A DNA stretch of 55,561 nt from Hydrolagus affinis (taxonomy: Eukaryota), in NCBI GenBank assembly GCA_012026655.1, contig JAAILG010002328.1, positions 1-55,561 of the forward strand. Reading direction: 5' to 3'. Each line of letters begins with the position of its first letter. Positions within the stretch are counted from its first letter, which is position 1. This document shows, piece by piece, positions 12,201 to 27,200 of the stretch. A program made the translations under genes and the position numbers. The notes beneath the pieces were generated by a model, which searched no databases, was not told the origin of the DNA, and worked only from the letters and a program-made list of their open reading frames with translations.

Positions 12201-15200
12201 GATGGTCAAGTGGTGGCACTGCTGGTTCAGAACCTGGAACGACTGGATGAATCGGTGAAGGAGGAAGCAGATGGAGTTCATAACACCTTAGGTAATATTA
12301 CTGTTCATTAAATAATTAGTATTTTTGTATATTAAACAGCTTCTTGTGGTAAGTTTTGTGACTAAGGGACAGTGTTGCTGGTTCTACTTGTAATAATTCT
12401 ACTGCTGGAGTTTAATTGTACGGTACCTTATTTAAAAAAAAATATAACCAGCAGCCAAGTAGAACATAATTATTGCAAAAAAAAATTCCATCTCTAAAAG
12501 TTGAAGCATTGCAAATGGCTGAAGGACTCCCTTCCAACTAGCACATGTAGAAAAATGCTCATGTTGTTCAACAGTTGTGATTATTTTGGAAATTTAGACA
12601 GTTCTTGTATGACTGAATTAAAATGTTTCCTGAGATATTAAGTTTTTGAACCTCGATTCCTAACCATTTTCTGTTACATTGCATCAAGGGACATCCACAG
12701 TAACCTTGAGAATAAAGCAAAGCAGCAAGCTTAATTCAAATGGTTTAGATACTCGTGCTCCTGTTATAAGAGAAAGAAATGTGCGTGAAAGTCACTCAAA
12801 CCAATCTACCAACAAGTCAAGCCTTAACTGAACAATAATTTGTAGATCGATTTGATTATACTGTCAGCCAGCTGGCTTATTGACAAGATGTAGTTTAGTT
12901 TTTCAGAAAGACGTTCTGTGCTTTACCAATGATCTCATCCAGCTTACAAAACTGCATGGTTCTGTCAATCATTTAGTGTATATAAGAATCGTTAATTCTT
13001 TTCTGTCTCTAGTCAGAATGCAAAAGTAAGGCAGACAGAAGGAATGTTCAGAAGCAGCACCAGGGTTTATGAGAAGCAATTGCCTGATCTTACAGTCATT
13101 GCGCAGTTGAGTTCCTAACCTTTAAGCTTTATTAGTGTTTTCCTAATTTTAGGATTGCAGATAGATAATTCACAAAATGCTACCAGCAGCCACATAGTGA
13201 TTGGGAATAGTGGACCCTGTGCAGCTGATAATTCTGAATCGTTTCTGTCCATTATTTCCCCATTGAGTTGATGCTCAACAAGCCAGTGTGCAATGTGCAA
13301 AATCACTGTCAGTGGGTTCAAGACCCAATCAGGAGGAACTGGTCAATCTGTAGGTTTAATTGTTTTTTCTAAATCCCATTACTGTCCATGGAAAACCTGC
13401 TCCCATAGTATGTTTACTTGTTTTGTGTTGCAATGTCGTATCTTGGGAAAGAAGCAAAGCAATGCGGTTGTCAAGTCCACTTAATAATTTCAGACGGAAG
13501 ACCCAGTTGTATTATAAATGAAACCCACCGGTGGGAATACTAATGGGGATACTACCTGGGGACGCTAATTGTCTGTGACACCAGTTCGGCTGTTTGCACA
13601 CTTCTATTACCTTTTAATTTATTTCATTCTGAACTCTATATATCAGAACGTTTCACCTGCCTTGGCCTCATTTCAGTTGAATGTTGAGAAACCTTCGCTG
13701 ACTTGCAGCCTTGGTAAAAGGTTTCGGGCTGAGTTGCTTGTATGTGTAAAAAGCAAATCCAAGTTACAAAGAAGAAATCGTCTGTAAAATGTCAATCTTT
13801 AAAAATAGGTAAGAAACCAAGCTGTTAACTTTTAACATGATCATCCATGATCCGGGAATAAAATCTGTCCAAGTCTGTTGCGGGACTTCAAAAAGGAATT
13901 TGGAGTCCAAAAAATCCTAGAAATTTACAGCACAAAAGGCCATTTTTTTGTCTATGCTGGCTCTCTTTCAAAGCATTCCTTTCAGTCCCATTGACTTGTC
14001 CTTTCCCCATACCCTTGGTAACTTATTCCTTGAAAGATATTTGTCTAGTTCTTCTTTGTAGACTAATTTGGAGCTCAGTGGCTGAGGTTTAGAGCACGGC
14101 AGGCGTGGATGGAACAGTGAACCAACAATAACAACAACTTGGATTCATATAGTGGCCTCCAAGCTGGATGGCGTCTCAGAGTGCATTACCAAGCAATTAC
14201 CAACTGACACTTTACACAACTGAAACTGAGTCTTAAACCGTTCCCTATCATTATTCAGTTTTCTCTGCTCCAAACTTTGAACAGTACCCCTTTTCAGTAC
14301 TCGCTTCACTACTGTGCATGATTGGTCTTTTGTGTCAATGCACAACTGAGCAGTGTTCAATTTCATGAGGAAAAACTCTCAGTGCGAATCCACCTGTTTG
14401 GTCAGATAGAATTTTAAGCATGCATCATTTTTACATTCATTTTACTTCATGAACATGAGTGAATGAATGGTCTCTGCTTTGCAACAGCTGTTCACAATGT
14501 ACAGTGGCATTTTGTTATGATTTTGAATTAAAATTTCTCTAGGATAGATTCTAAACAGTGAGGTGCACCATGTTTGTGAGCTTCGTCCATCGTAGACTAC
14601 CTCCATCAGTGATAAAAGATGCTTGAAATCTGAAATAAAAATAAGTTGTTGCGAACACTCAGCAGGTCAGGCAGCATCCCTGGACGTTGACCTGAAACTT
14701 TAACTCGCTTAGATGCTGCTGAGTGTTCCCAGCGAATTTCTTCTTATATTTCATCAAAGATACTTTATCAGCATTTGGAAACATGTAGCTTAGTGGTCCT
14801 TTGATGTTTTTTGAGCCTCAGGTTTCAGTGTTGAAGAGCTCCCTTTAATCTACACTCTCTAAATCTACCTGAATGCTGCTTTCTTGTCTTCACTCTTCCC
14901 TATCCCCACCCCCCCACCCCCCAACCCCCCGCAACACCTGCCATTGACCTTGAGAAAATTGCTGAGTGAGAAGATTTTGGAGATCTATTATCTGAATATT
15001 TCCATAAGGAACTGCTTACATGAAGCAATATTGAAAAAAAGCATATAATTTAAAACCAGTTTAGCCTCATTGCATAAATGCAAGTTGTTATTGCTTGTGT
15101 GTCATTTTCTCTCTCTAATCCTGTATTTTATCTGGATCTCATGCTTTTGGTTTAACACTCCTGCTTGGGTAAACCGTAAACCTGAATTGTACATAAAGAT

Positions 15201-18200
15201 AACTAATGTGTTTCAGAGACCTTACAGCTCCACGTAACTCCTGTCTTCTTTGTGGGTGCATGAGCGTAAGGATAGAGATGAGATAGTGTGTGGTTTATAC
15301 AGTGATTCTACTTGTTGTTTTTAAAATATGTACTTATGACGAAAAACGTGCTTGAATGCTTTTGTTTACCCTTTAAAAAGAGAAATGGCAGAGGGAAGAA
15401 GCCTCATTTAAATGTTCAGTTTGAAAGAAGGAGACTCATGCTTCCACATGCTCTGCTGCATGCAATAGGTCAGCAAAAGGGTTATTGTCACTTTTAATTT
15501 GCTCCTGAATTTTGCACTCACCATGGATTTTCTTTCACCACAGCAATCATAGAGAACCTGGCTGAATTCCGCCCAGAGATGTGCACTGAGGCAGCACAGC
15601 AGGGTCTTATGCAATGGATGCTGAAGAGAATAAAGGTAGCTCTTGATTAGAATAAAATACTGTTAAAAAAAGCCAGAGTTCAAAGTGTCCTTTTGACTAT
15701 TGTCAGAAATTATGAAATAATGTATCTGTTGTTTTAACATCCTTTCTGCTTGGTCCATACAATTGACCACACATGTATTTTTGTGGAACTTTTTTTTAAT
15801 AGATATTTAGTGTTAAAACTGGATTGTCTTGGTGAAATTGTTTTGAATTCTTATTGAATTGAAAAAGTGCATTAGAAGTAGCAAATTGGAAGTGGCAGGA
15901 AGGAGAGGTATAGCAGTTTAACAAAAAAAAGTAACAGTATAAAATGTGATTCAAAATGCTTTGCTTCGGGATGTAATATCTCTTCTCCGTCCCCCAACCC
16001 CCATTTAAAAGAAGTGAGTTTCTCCCAATATCCTGATATTCGACCAATATTCAATATTGTTCCAATTCTACTAGTTAAGATGTCATGATTGTTTAATTTG
16101 ATGTGGATCTTACCGAAATTGTTTCCTGGGAGACAACCTGAACCATAGCGTTTTGTTTCTGTGGAAGAAATCATGCCTTCGGCTTCCAACAACAAATATA
16201 TGTAGAACAGACTTTACATTGTATGTTCCTGAATTGTTTGTGTCTTGCATACATTCTGTTCTCTGCGTATCTTCTTTCAGCGACTTCTAATCAGTTTGAT
16301 TTTTTTTTAATTAGGCCAAGATACCTTTTGATGCCAACAAACTTTACTGCAGTGAAATTCTTGCAATTCTGCTTCAAAGTAATGATGGTAGGTTTATATT
16401 CTGTGAATTAACCACTTCTGGAGGAAAGCTACCATCATAAGAGTACTGTATAATAGCCAGATGGTAAATGTTTCCCTTCCTCTCCCCTAGCCATGATAGT
16501 TTTGTCCATCTGGTGGCTTAATCTGTACATCTGCTCATCCATTCATCATCCTGCTGTCTCTATGTCGCAAACGGTAACTTGTCACCTAACAACAGTTCAC
16601 AAGTTACTGTATCATCTGGCTTTGGGTTGCTTTCAAAACTGTTCATGGTCAGAATCCTAATGTGATTGTTAACACTGTTGTTGTGCATTACATCTCACTG
16701 AGAACCACTCATAATTGATCTGAATCATACAAACTGTCTAAATTAATCGTGCACCAAATTTCTTCTACATTTGCTTTATTTTCTGTTTTTATTTTAAACA
16801 AAATTATAGTCCTGTCTTCCACACTCACCTTTTCTTTAATAATATCTACTGAATATATTGAGTTGTTCGCCGTAACTGACATCCACCATAATCACCTTGC
16901 CTAACGCCTTAACTCTGAGGAAGGCATGCAGGTTTGTACCTGAAACTTGACTTTGGCATCACAGTAAAGCTCAACTTCCTACAATACCACCTGAAGGAAG
17001 GAGGAAACTTAAAAACGGTGGGAAAAAAGAGGTGTATCCAAAATCCGCTGGTTTCTCTGAGTCTAACACATTATACATCACAGATCGTATAACAAAAAAT
17101 AGCAGTTGTACTTGCAGTGGGGTGGTAAAGTTTCACGATAAGGGTGCTGGAACTTGGTTTTTGACAAGCAGAGGAGCCTTAGACTAGACTTGCATGTGCT
17201 GCAATCCACTACTGCATGAATCTAATTCCATTAACATTAACATCCATTCCATTGAAATCAGAGTTTCTTTCTCTTCATTTTTTGCCTATACATATTTTGG
17301 GCACGGTTCACATTTGAAATTACTTCGAATTTAATCTCATTTTGGTCTGCTCTGCACTTTATTACTTTAAAACTTGTAAATGAATTGTGCATAAAGATTG
17401 AGTACAGCAATAGCTTAAGGTATAGCTACCTGCAGTACAGTTAATCTTTGGGTGAGGTAATTCCTCTTGTTTGATGAGAATCCGTTAAGACGTTCACATC
17501 TTCAAAATGCAAGAGCAAGCATTTAAGCAGGAATGCAATGTCAAGCATTCGTTGATAAAAAAAAAATACGAGATAAATCTCTTATCCTGATGGAGGGTTT
17601 GCATCCCACTAATTATTGGCAAATTCATAGCCTGTCTTTCTAGTTTCTTTGTATATCTTTTGTAGTATGTCGCGCCGTATTGATTCCAGGTGATGTATCC
17701 ATGTTTGATGCTGTAAGATCTGACAGCGGCTCCACTTCTTTCAGCCAACAGAGAATTGCTTGGCGAGCAGGAAGGGATCGACGTGTTGCTGCAGCAGCTG
17801 TCAGTGAGTATCTGTAGTTGCCTCCAGTGACTGACCAGGCCTGCATCTTAACTCATTGTGATGCTTCACAAGATTTCAGTAAATCACTGTACAGTTGAGA
17901 GTGTGTGGGGGTGGGTGGGGGAGCGGGGGAGAAGCTTGTTTACAATGGAGTGGAGCAACATCTACCATTACTCAGGATTTTCATTTATAATTTTGACCAA
18001 TATAGCAGTATTTTGAAATGAGCAAAATGGAAATTAGATTCCTACGGTTTACCTATGTAACAATTCTGAGTGTTAAACAACGAAAGTGTTAACCACAGGG
18101 TTCACAGTGATTTACAGAGTTTAATTTGTTTTCTGATGCTTCAATCACTGTTCAATCCAACAAAGGGAACAATGCCTGATCGCAAATCTGATCTGGAGAT

Positions 18201-21200
18201 GATCAAATCTTCAGACTTGAAAATTGATGGCAGCATTTTACTGAATCTTGGATTATTATAGATCTAGTGCAAACATTGTTGAGTTGTTAAATTGTGAATC
18301 ATTGCAACTGAGTGCAACGAAAATGGCAGGGGAATGAAACCCCAAGCACTCTACCTCCAAAGCTCGACAGGACATTTAAAAGCTGGTACTGTATTTACTG
18401 TTAAATCCAAAAGATTACTTTGATCTAAGGGATTGGTGTAAATTGCTGTGCTCTTGAGTATTTTGAAATCTTGTTGCTTGAAGAAGCAAGACAACATTGA
18501 ACAAGAAAAGGCCATTCAATCCATTTAGTCTGCTCCATCCAAAGACTAGTCAAAACCAACATAGTTTGGCTCATGTCTTTTCATTCCATCACCTCAGTTT
18601 CTTGGGGAAACTTTTGCTTGATACTTAGATTTGTAAAGGGTTAAGTAGGAATTGCAGATATTTTCCATCTTCACTGTAACAAAACTATATTCTATATCTC
18701 TGCAGGCAGCATTTCATCCTCTTCCTCCTGCACGAGTAGCTGAACCTTTTAGTTAGAAATATAGTTTATATTTATACAAAGTCCTTTATGCCAAAGAGGA
18801 CGTGCCAAAGTGCTTGACACAACTAAATGGGCAGATGGTGCTGAGTCGGTGGTGGTAATGGGAAAGATGACTGAAAGTGCAGTCAAAGAGAGACACCTTT
18901 TGAGACTTGCCTTGAATGAGGCAAGGGAAGGAAGGAGCTGTGATATGAATAGAAATATTTTAGTTTCCATGAAATAGATCAATGCACATTTAGTTAATCT
19001 GAAAGTGTCTGATTTGTTAAGAAGATTGTTTATACTGAACCAGCAGTTCTCTGTTCTAGCCATTGATTGTTTGAATACTGAATCATTCAGTTTCAAAATA
19101 TGTACCTCATTTATTCAAGCTTCACATTTTGATAGGATATTACTGTTATAATCTTGAACAAGAGAATCTGCTTGAGATACTGCCCCTTTGAAATGATTGC
19201 ACTACTGTTTTGAATACCTGCTCCTTACCACCACTGTATAAAGGAGTAATTTGTGATAATAATAATAATCCTTGCATTTGATATGGCGCTTTTTACGTCT
19301 TCTAGATGTCTCAAAGAGCTTCGCAGAATATACTGTAAAGTGAATTGACTATTATGTGGGTGAAACGCAGGAGCCAATTGCACACAATGGTGTCTCACAA
19401 ACAGTCGTGGATTGAAGTGGCCAATTTATCTTTTTTTTTGGTGAGGGATTATTATCAGGCTTGTGGAGTAAGGAAACTTGCCCAGGGTTTTGCTAAGCCG
19501 GGAATCGAACCCAGGGGTCTCACTTGCAAAGCGAGAGCTCTATAACCACTGAGATAAAGAACTCCACAATTTGGAATCGCGTGTTTTTTCTTCTTGTTGC
19601 TTGTTGTTGTCCACACAATTTCAAAATGGTTTTGGTTCCTACATTGCCAGCCACTCGGTGAAATTTTGTGCTAAAGCGTTCTAGCTATAGATCTGTAATA
19701 GTCTTTTTGAAGACTCGCAGATGGCACTAATTTGGCAGGACTATTATTTGAATAGCCGGGTATCCAGAAAATCATAATAACATTTCCAACAAACAATTGC
19801 TGCGATAATGCAGTCAGGATAGAGAATACAGTGATTCTCAACAGATTGTACATCTGTTAGAATATAACATTTTGTATTTTCGGTTAACAGCAGTAATCCG
19901 GTTGGAGAAAACTTATGCCTCCTCACTTTAACCTTGATGAACAAATTAAGAGTATACAACATGAGAATTGCCAATGAAAAGAGAACAATTTGTGCTTCCA
20001 GCACCTTGGGACATCCTCCCAACGTGAAAGGCACTATACAAATGTAATTTTTGTGGTTAATGTTTCAAACAAAGTAGCCCAGAAGACCCATAGTCCTCAG
20101 CATCCTGTGCTGTCAAATCGAGACACAGACGCTGGTAACTGCCTTATAGAAAGCTCCACGTTTGCCTGGAGGGCGGCCATAGTTTGACTTTCTCTTCCTT
20201 GTCCTACAGTGAAAAGAAATAATACAACAAGGTGCATTTAACTGTACATTTGCTGACCTTGGTTTATCGATGGGTTTACCCAAAGCTTTGGAAACTGACA
20301 GTAGCCTAGGTTGTGTTTACATCCAATGCCAAAATTAAATTCTTTGCACATCAAGCAAGTGATGCTGCTTTTCAGAGTTAGAAATATCAGGTGGCAACAT
20401 TGACGTATTTCTTAAGAAAAATTACTTAAGCAAAACTGCAGATGTATTTTGAAGAATTCCCCTATCTGCACGCCACGCCAAATTAGATATAGCTAATCGT
20501 CTCAGTGCCCATGGACAGACCTGTTTCATTGACCTGATCAGGTTTTGGCATTGTTACTTTTCCAGATGCAAAGAACCAATTATCTCACTATCATTGCCTG
20601 TAGTCTGTCCGACTTTGATAGACAAAATAATATTGTGTTTTATATTTTGTGGTGTAGTAAAGATTCAGAGAAAAAGTATTGTTGAAACAAAACACAGTTC
20701 CTCTGCCACCAATACACTTCCCAAATATTTAAGATGGTCAGTGTACTCGAAAAAATATAGCTATGTTTATATTGATTTATAGATTGTATATTCTGTTCAA
20801 GTGTTGTCCTCTTCCGTGTTGAATAGATTGATTGCTGATGAAAAAAGAAAGACTGCTGAGTTAAAAGATGTTCTTGAGTCTACAGAAAGTGTGACCAGTG
20901 ATAAGTATCCTTGAAATGAAGTGGATCGATGGCTGAGAATCATGATTAGAATTGAACCCTGTTTGGAAAAAAATGGTCAATGACCAGATGTCACTTTTGC
21001 TTTTCACACCTGGAAATTGGCATTGTTCGTCGGCCTTGTGCACCATCATACCCTCAGGCAAATACAGTACTCGCATCTGAGTCTAGTTGCTGGCTTAATG
21101 AATCCTGTAGTAATGACTAAGAACAGTTTCAGTTCTGGTCAAGTGTGTTTATTTGTCCAGTAAAACTTTCAGCTGGTGTGGAATTCCTCGTAGAAGTAGA

Positions 21201-24200
21201 CTAAAGTTTCATGAGTAAGAGATTGTACTTGATGTTCTCAGGAGTTAGTGCTATAGTTCTTATCTGAACTATTTTGTCTGCTGGCAGATAAATGTTTTAG
21301 CTTCAATTTTTTTGAGCACTGAACAGTTTCTGCAATGTTCAGAAAGCAATTGTGGTACCTAACATGCAAAAATGATTTGTGCATCTTTTTAACTGATCAT
21401 TGGAAAGAAGAAATTAATTTTATTCAGGTTATAATTTTGTTATTAGTACATAATTTTGTTGAGGTAAGTGCTAGGGTTTGTGTGAAGGCGGTTTGTTTTG
21501 AGCTGCTGCAGTAGTGTTATTTTTGGCTGATGAAACAAAATTGGGCAGCTTAACCTTTACATGAAGGCATTAAAATAAAATATTCTTTATCTGCAGCCCT
21601 GGTTGTTTTGTTTAATTTTTCAATAACTGAACTGAAACAATACACCTGTGTATTTGAGTTCTGTAATGGAAAAATTAAACAAAACATTAAAATAAAGTTG
21701 GGTATACAGTGTCTTATGGTGAGCAATGGTAAAAATACCATCAGGTTATCATTGACAGTGGTGTGACTGTTTTTTTTAGAAAAGTAGGTTTGTATTAACT
21801 GTTGATTGATGTCGCTAAGCAAGAATATAAAGATAGTGTAATTTAAGTAAAATAATATTTCAAAGTGATTAACTATAGGAGCAATGACACTGAACTTATT
21901 TCAAAATCACCAAAGCCATGGTCAATGATATAAGCTTGTTTGGAAAGTATTGAAATAGGCAAAGAAGTAGTAAGGCAAAGTGATTTTTGAAAGACTAGGC
22001 CAGGGACAGAAAATGGTCTGATGGCTTGATTTGTTCATTTATTCATTATAATGTGAGTGAGAAATGATAATGCCTAAACCTCATCCACTACAACTACATT
22101 TTTACTCACTTTGGGTATTTTCCCCTTATTTAATATTCTTGTGTGCTTGAAATATAGAGCTTCACTGCACTTTTCTCATCAGTGCTTCTTGGCAAGAAAT
22201 TCTGCATTTTGGCCTTGGATGTGCAATTCATTGAATGTGAAGTAGTACAGTAATAGGTTCTTAGTTGATTAATTGTAGACAGATGCTCTTTCACATTAAG
22301 AATGTTGAAGATAATTTGCTTATATACAAATTACATTCAGTAATTGGACCTTGTGTAGATTAACACTTCAGGATGAGGGATCTCTTCCCATTTTGGGAAG
22401 CAGCCTAGGAATTGTTCTTGTTAATTAAAGGAGCCAATTCTGTGACAAACTTGAAATAGTGCGAAGCTGATATTATACTGGAGTAGCACTATCCTGATTT
22501 CATGGCAAAGATCATGGCGAGCTCTGAGACAGCCAAAATATTTATTCTCTGGATGGAGTGGATTCTATAAAATCTAATGTAAAACATGTTTTATATCCTC
22601 TTAAAAATAATGCTTTGTATTTTACTGATTTGCGACAATAAAATCAAAAAGAGCCTGGCACATGAGGGTTTGCAATCTTAATGAACGGCCAGCTGTTTGT
22701 TGATTACGCAGTTGGATATCATACAAGAATCAGGGGTTGTTTAAAAACCTGGCCAGAGCACTGCTTTTTTATTCAGATATTTTTTATTCTAAAATAATCC
22801 TTGTATTTTATATCGCACTTCACTGAAACTCAAAGCACTTCACAGGATTTTTTTTACTGTAAGAAGTAGTGGCTGTGTATTTGCATGCGAGCTATAGCGA
22901 CTGTTACATCTTGTGAACCTCTACAATTTATCAGGTAAACATGAAGCACAGATGTCCATCACAAATTACTTAGTGTGGATTACATGGTCTGATTGTTTCT
23001 TGCACTGATTTTACTGGAGTCCTATAGTGGTTAGAGCATTCGCCTCATAAGCAAGAGACCTGGGTTCAATTCCTGGCAGGTCGAAACCTTGGGCAAGTTG
23101 TCTTACTCCCAATGCCTGATAGTAATCCCTCAACCAGATAAGTAAATAAAATAACAATTCAGCCATTTCAATCCACAACTGTTTGTGGGACTCTACTGTG
23201 TGCAATTGGTTGCCACGTTTCCAGTATATTCTGTGAAGCGCTTTGAGATGTCTAGAAGACGTGAAAAGTGCTATATCAAATGTGAGGAGTAATAAAGGGT
23301 TGAATATGGCATAATTATGAGACATTTGTTTCTGGTTCGCTAAATTCAGATTGTTCTCCTCGGTAACATCATTTAACAACAGTTCTGTATGACCAAGTAC
23401 ACAGAAAATCATGGCTGTGTTTTACACTTAAAATGTCATAAAACGACATGAAAACATTGATGCATTTGGAGTACACATTTTCTATCCCTGACACTTGTCC
23501 CTCTCCACAATGCTGCGGGATCTTGAAGAGGCAGCAGTGAATGAAAAGATAAAAGCACATTACCCCAAATACAATTACATTGACATATTATACAGCATTT
23601 ACTTCCCTACGACATGACAATAGCTTGTTGTAACCCAGTAAAGATAAATTGGTTACAGTACACAGCAAATAAGAGTGTTGTTGCACTGGCTGGCAGTGTA
23701 AATGGACTCCTAGTGCAGTTTGAAGTCTTGGTGGCAAGGTAACTTGTTTAATGAATTTTAGGTTCTGAACCTACTTTAATGAGATGCTAAGACATATATT
23801 GGACTGAATGAAAAACACAAACAATGGAGCAGCAATTTGTCAGCAGTTGATGATGTGAACTGAATGGTTCCCTGAATGTCCCACCGATTTTATGTACCAA
23901 AGCCTCTCCCATACCATCATTTTATCCACTGGTTTTCTCTTCACATTTCTTAGTTCGTTAAACCAGGGACTGGTGGTAATTTTGATGAAGCTTTATAAAA
24001 ATTGCTGTTTTAATTGCAGTTATAAGTAATCGGAGTTCCCATGTGGTAATTGTAGTAAATAATACAATGAAATGGATGCATTAGTGGACCAATGTGAAAA
24101 TTCAGGGGAAAAAATGATCTTTTATTTACCAATTTCAAGCATTGGACATTAAAACTTCAGTTTCTCTCTTAAATGCAGCTGAATTATTGAATCAAGCAAT

Positions 24201-27200
24201 ACAGAACTTTGCCATGTATTGTACAGTATTGGGACATCAAGTACATTACGGAGTCTGATTGAGACTCAAAGTGATGGACCCAATTTTTCAATCCAGTAAC
24301 TACCCAGACATACTCCATTCCAGGGATGGCACTTACAGCATTGCGTTGTTGACTTGCATCTGCTTTAATTGGAATTTCATCAAAAGATTGCTGTAAAATT
24401 ACCATATGGCACAAACGATAGCAGTACACACAGGAAACAATCCATTTGCCTCCAGGTTTGTTAGGTTAAAAACTTAATTTCACCGGATCTTCTTTTACCT
24501 AATGTTCATTTTTCACTTCTGCAACGTGTTGATCTCTTGAATTGTGTATATAAATGTCTTAACTTTTTGTTATTTATATTTTGTGGCATACTTGCTATAT
24601 CCAAACCACAGGCCTTCCAACACTTTATCCCCTTGAACTTTTTTTATTTTGTATTTGCTTTGATTGGATATTGATCAAACAATATCTTCTTTAGAGTAGG
24701 CAGGTCAAAACCTTGGCAAGTTTCCTTAATTCCTTAATAATAATCCCTCCAAAAAAAATCCACAATAATAAAATTGATCATTTCATTTCACAATTGTTTG
24801 TGGGACACTACTGTACGTTGCTGCCTTTTGCCCACAAATATACAGTCAATTCAGTTTACAATATATTCTGTGAAGCGCTTTGAGATGTCTAGAAGACGTG
24901 AAAAGCGCTATAGCAAATGCAAGGCTTATTATTATTTAAATTTTGTTATCGTGGGTGAAAGCATTAAACAAATTCCTTTGATGGTTCTAGGTATTCAAAC
25001 GTCATAATCCAAGTACCAATGAAGAATTTGAGATGATGGAAAACCTCTTTGACAGTCTCTGTTCATGTCTGATGCTGAGCTCAAATAGAGACCGATTTCT
25101 AAAGGGGGAAGGACTGCAGCTCATGAACCTAATGCTCAGGTAAGCACACAGTTTCATTAAACCTACCCAAATTAGGCTTGGACTAAGACATCTAACATTT
25201 AGATGTCACCAACTTTACACCTATTGAGGTTTCAGTTTTAGGTCAAGTGATCACAGTAACTGAGTACCAGTCAAACTCAAGGCAATCCAGCTACCAATCT
25301 CACCAAATATAGTGCCAGAGTTATGGTTCAGTGAGAAACTGAGACATACAGATTGTTAAACATTTGGATTTTGTTTGAACCTGGATTTGAAACCAGAGTT
25401 CCTCCTGTTTGGTACCCGAACCCCAGCTGGACGGTGCATGTCTGTGGCCTTCAAGTGAAGCCAGAATCAGACCCCATCAGAATGGATCGTAGCAGTATCA
25501 TTGCCACTTGGAATACTTATTGGAGGCTCCCGACTGCCCAGAATTGAATGTAAACACTTTCAGGAAGGAAAGAGGAACAGTATCTGAACCATGAATCAAA
25601 CAAAATAGTGTAGTGACTATAGGATCTGACAAGTTCAATTATGTGTTGCTACTATTAGGATAAAGAGCATGAATAATATACAATTGGACATCTTGAATTA
25701 TTATCGCGATTGAGAGCAGTTTCAGTTGGGGTCTAAGACCTGGCAGTTGTGAAAACAAGGCATTTGAAGTTGTTTTTAAGACTAGCTGTTCATCTTGATC
25801 CATGTCTTTGGCTCACTGAAGTTGAAAGCTTCTTCATTTCTCTGGGAGAGTGGTTACAGACAGTTTAATCAGCTTGCTGAAACTTGAGAGAATTGGCTTG
25901 AGGTCCAGAGAATAAATATTTCTAAAATCAGCTGAGGACAGTCTAATCAACTCGTTATTGATTTCCGAAAGGCTAAACACTAATAGAATGAATATATCTG
26001 CTATCAGTAAGGAACGGTCTCTGAAACCCAGAAATCGATTGACCAGCCAGCTTGTAGGTAATATGGTAAATATTGCTAAAATTTGACAACAGTATAGAAG
26101 GTAATTTTCTCCCTTTCATTGATTTCTAAATGTAATCTTTCTTTCATTTAATACTACGTTTATCTAGGTTTAGAACAAATGCAGGGTTGGCACTGTAAAA
26201 CTTGATTTTAATCATCTTGTAGTATTTATGCAATCCAAAATGCAAGTCTTCTGGCATTTATTTAAGTATATTGGAGGCAATTGAGTGCAGAATTTTTCTG
26301 ATACAATACCTTTTTTGGTTGGCATACATTACCTGTTGCGGTTTTCTGCATTAAGATTGTAGGATTAGTGTTCATTGCTACCATTTTTATGGCGTGTTTA
26401 ATGAGCAGGCAAGATTGCTATTAATGACAAGCAACTAAAATGACGGTAAGAGTCACTTCTATGGTGCCATTAACGCTGTTCAGTCCTAAAAACATCCATT
26501 ACGCATGCAAGCGCAGTAATACTACAGATACTGTGGAAGAGATTTTATTATAATGTGAATAAACCTTGCTATTCATGTCGCGTTTTATCACATCAAAATG
26601 TTTCAAGGCACTTCACAAAATTTCCTGTCATATCTGGTATTCATTCGTATATTTTCTTAAATTGGGGTATTGTTGACTGGACACTGGAAGAAAATCCTTT
26701 TACTTTTCAAATTCAGTAATGCAATCCTTAATATCCACCTGACTAGGCATCCCAAGAGGATATTTTAGGGCAATTTTAAGGAAGGCTAAACTTTGATAAA
26801 ATCTAGAAATGCAAAGATTTGACGTGCTTATTATCTGTTACGTTGTCATGAATTGCTGTTGTGCTGGGCACAAGGGAGTACTGCAGTAATGCAATGAAAA
26901 TTTGAGCTCATTTTATTTTTCACCCTCAGGAATCAAACCTAATAAAGATTAATGTTTGTTTATTTTTAATAAATTACGATGCATACCTGAAGAATTCCTT
27001 GAAAGAAACTAAATTGAACTTTTAGATTAAACCTAATCTTCAGTAGTTTATAACTTGTGCACAACAAAAACTATTTGAAAAGACACTGCAGTGTTGTGTT
27101 GGTATAACGAACGCCTGGAAACTGTGGTCACCAGATAGAGAATGATTCAATGGGTAAGTTGGCTGCTTTCCCTCAGGATGGAGGAAAGCATATTCAGTGC

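Noticed and set aside
24972-24990. TTCCTTTGAT before exon 10, resembling a U12 branch site
   Set aside because: The intron 9 donor is canonical U2 (GTGAGT) and the motif deviates from TCCTTRAC.
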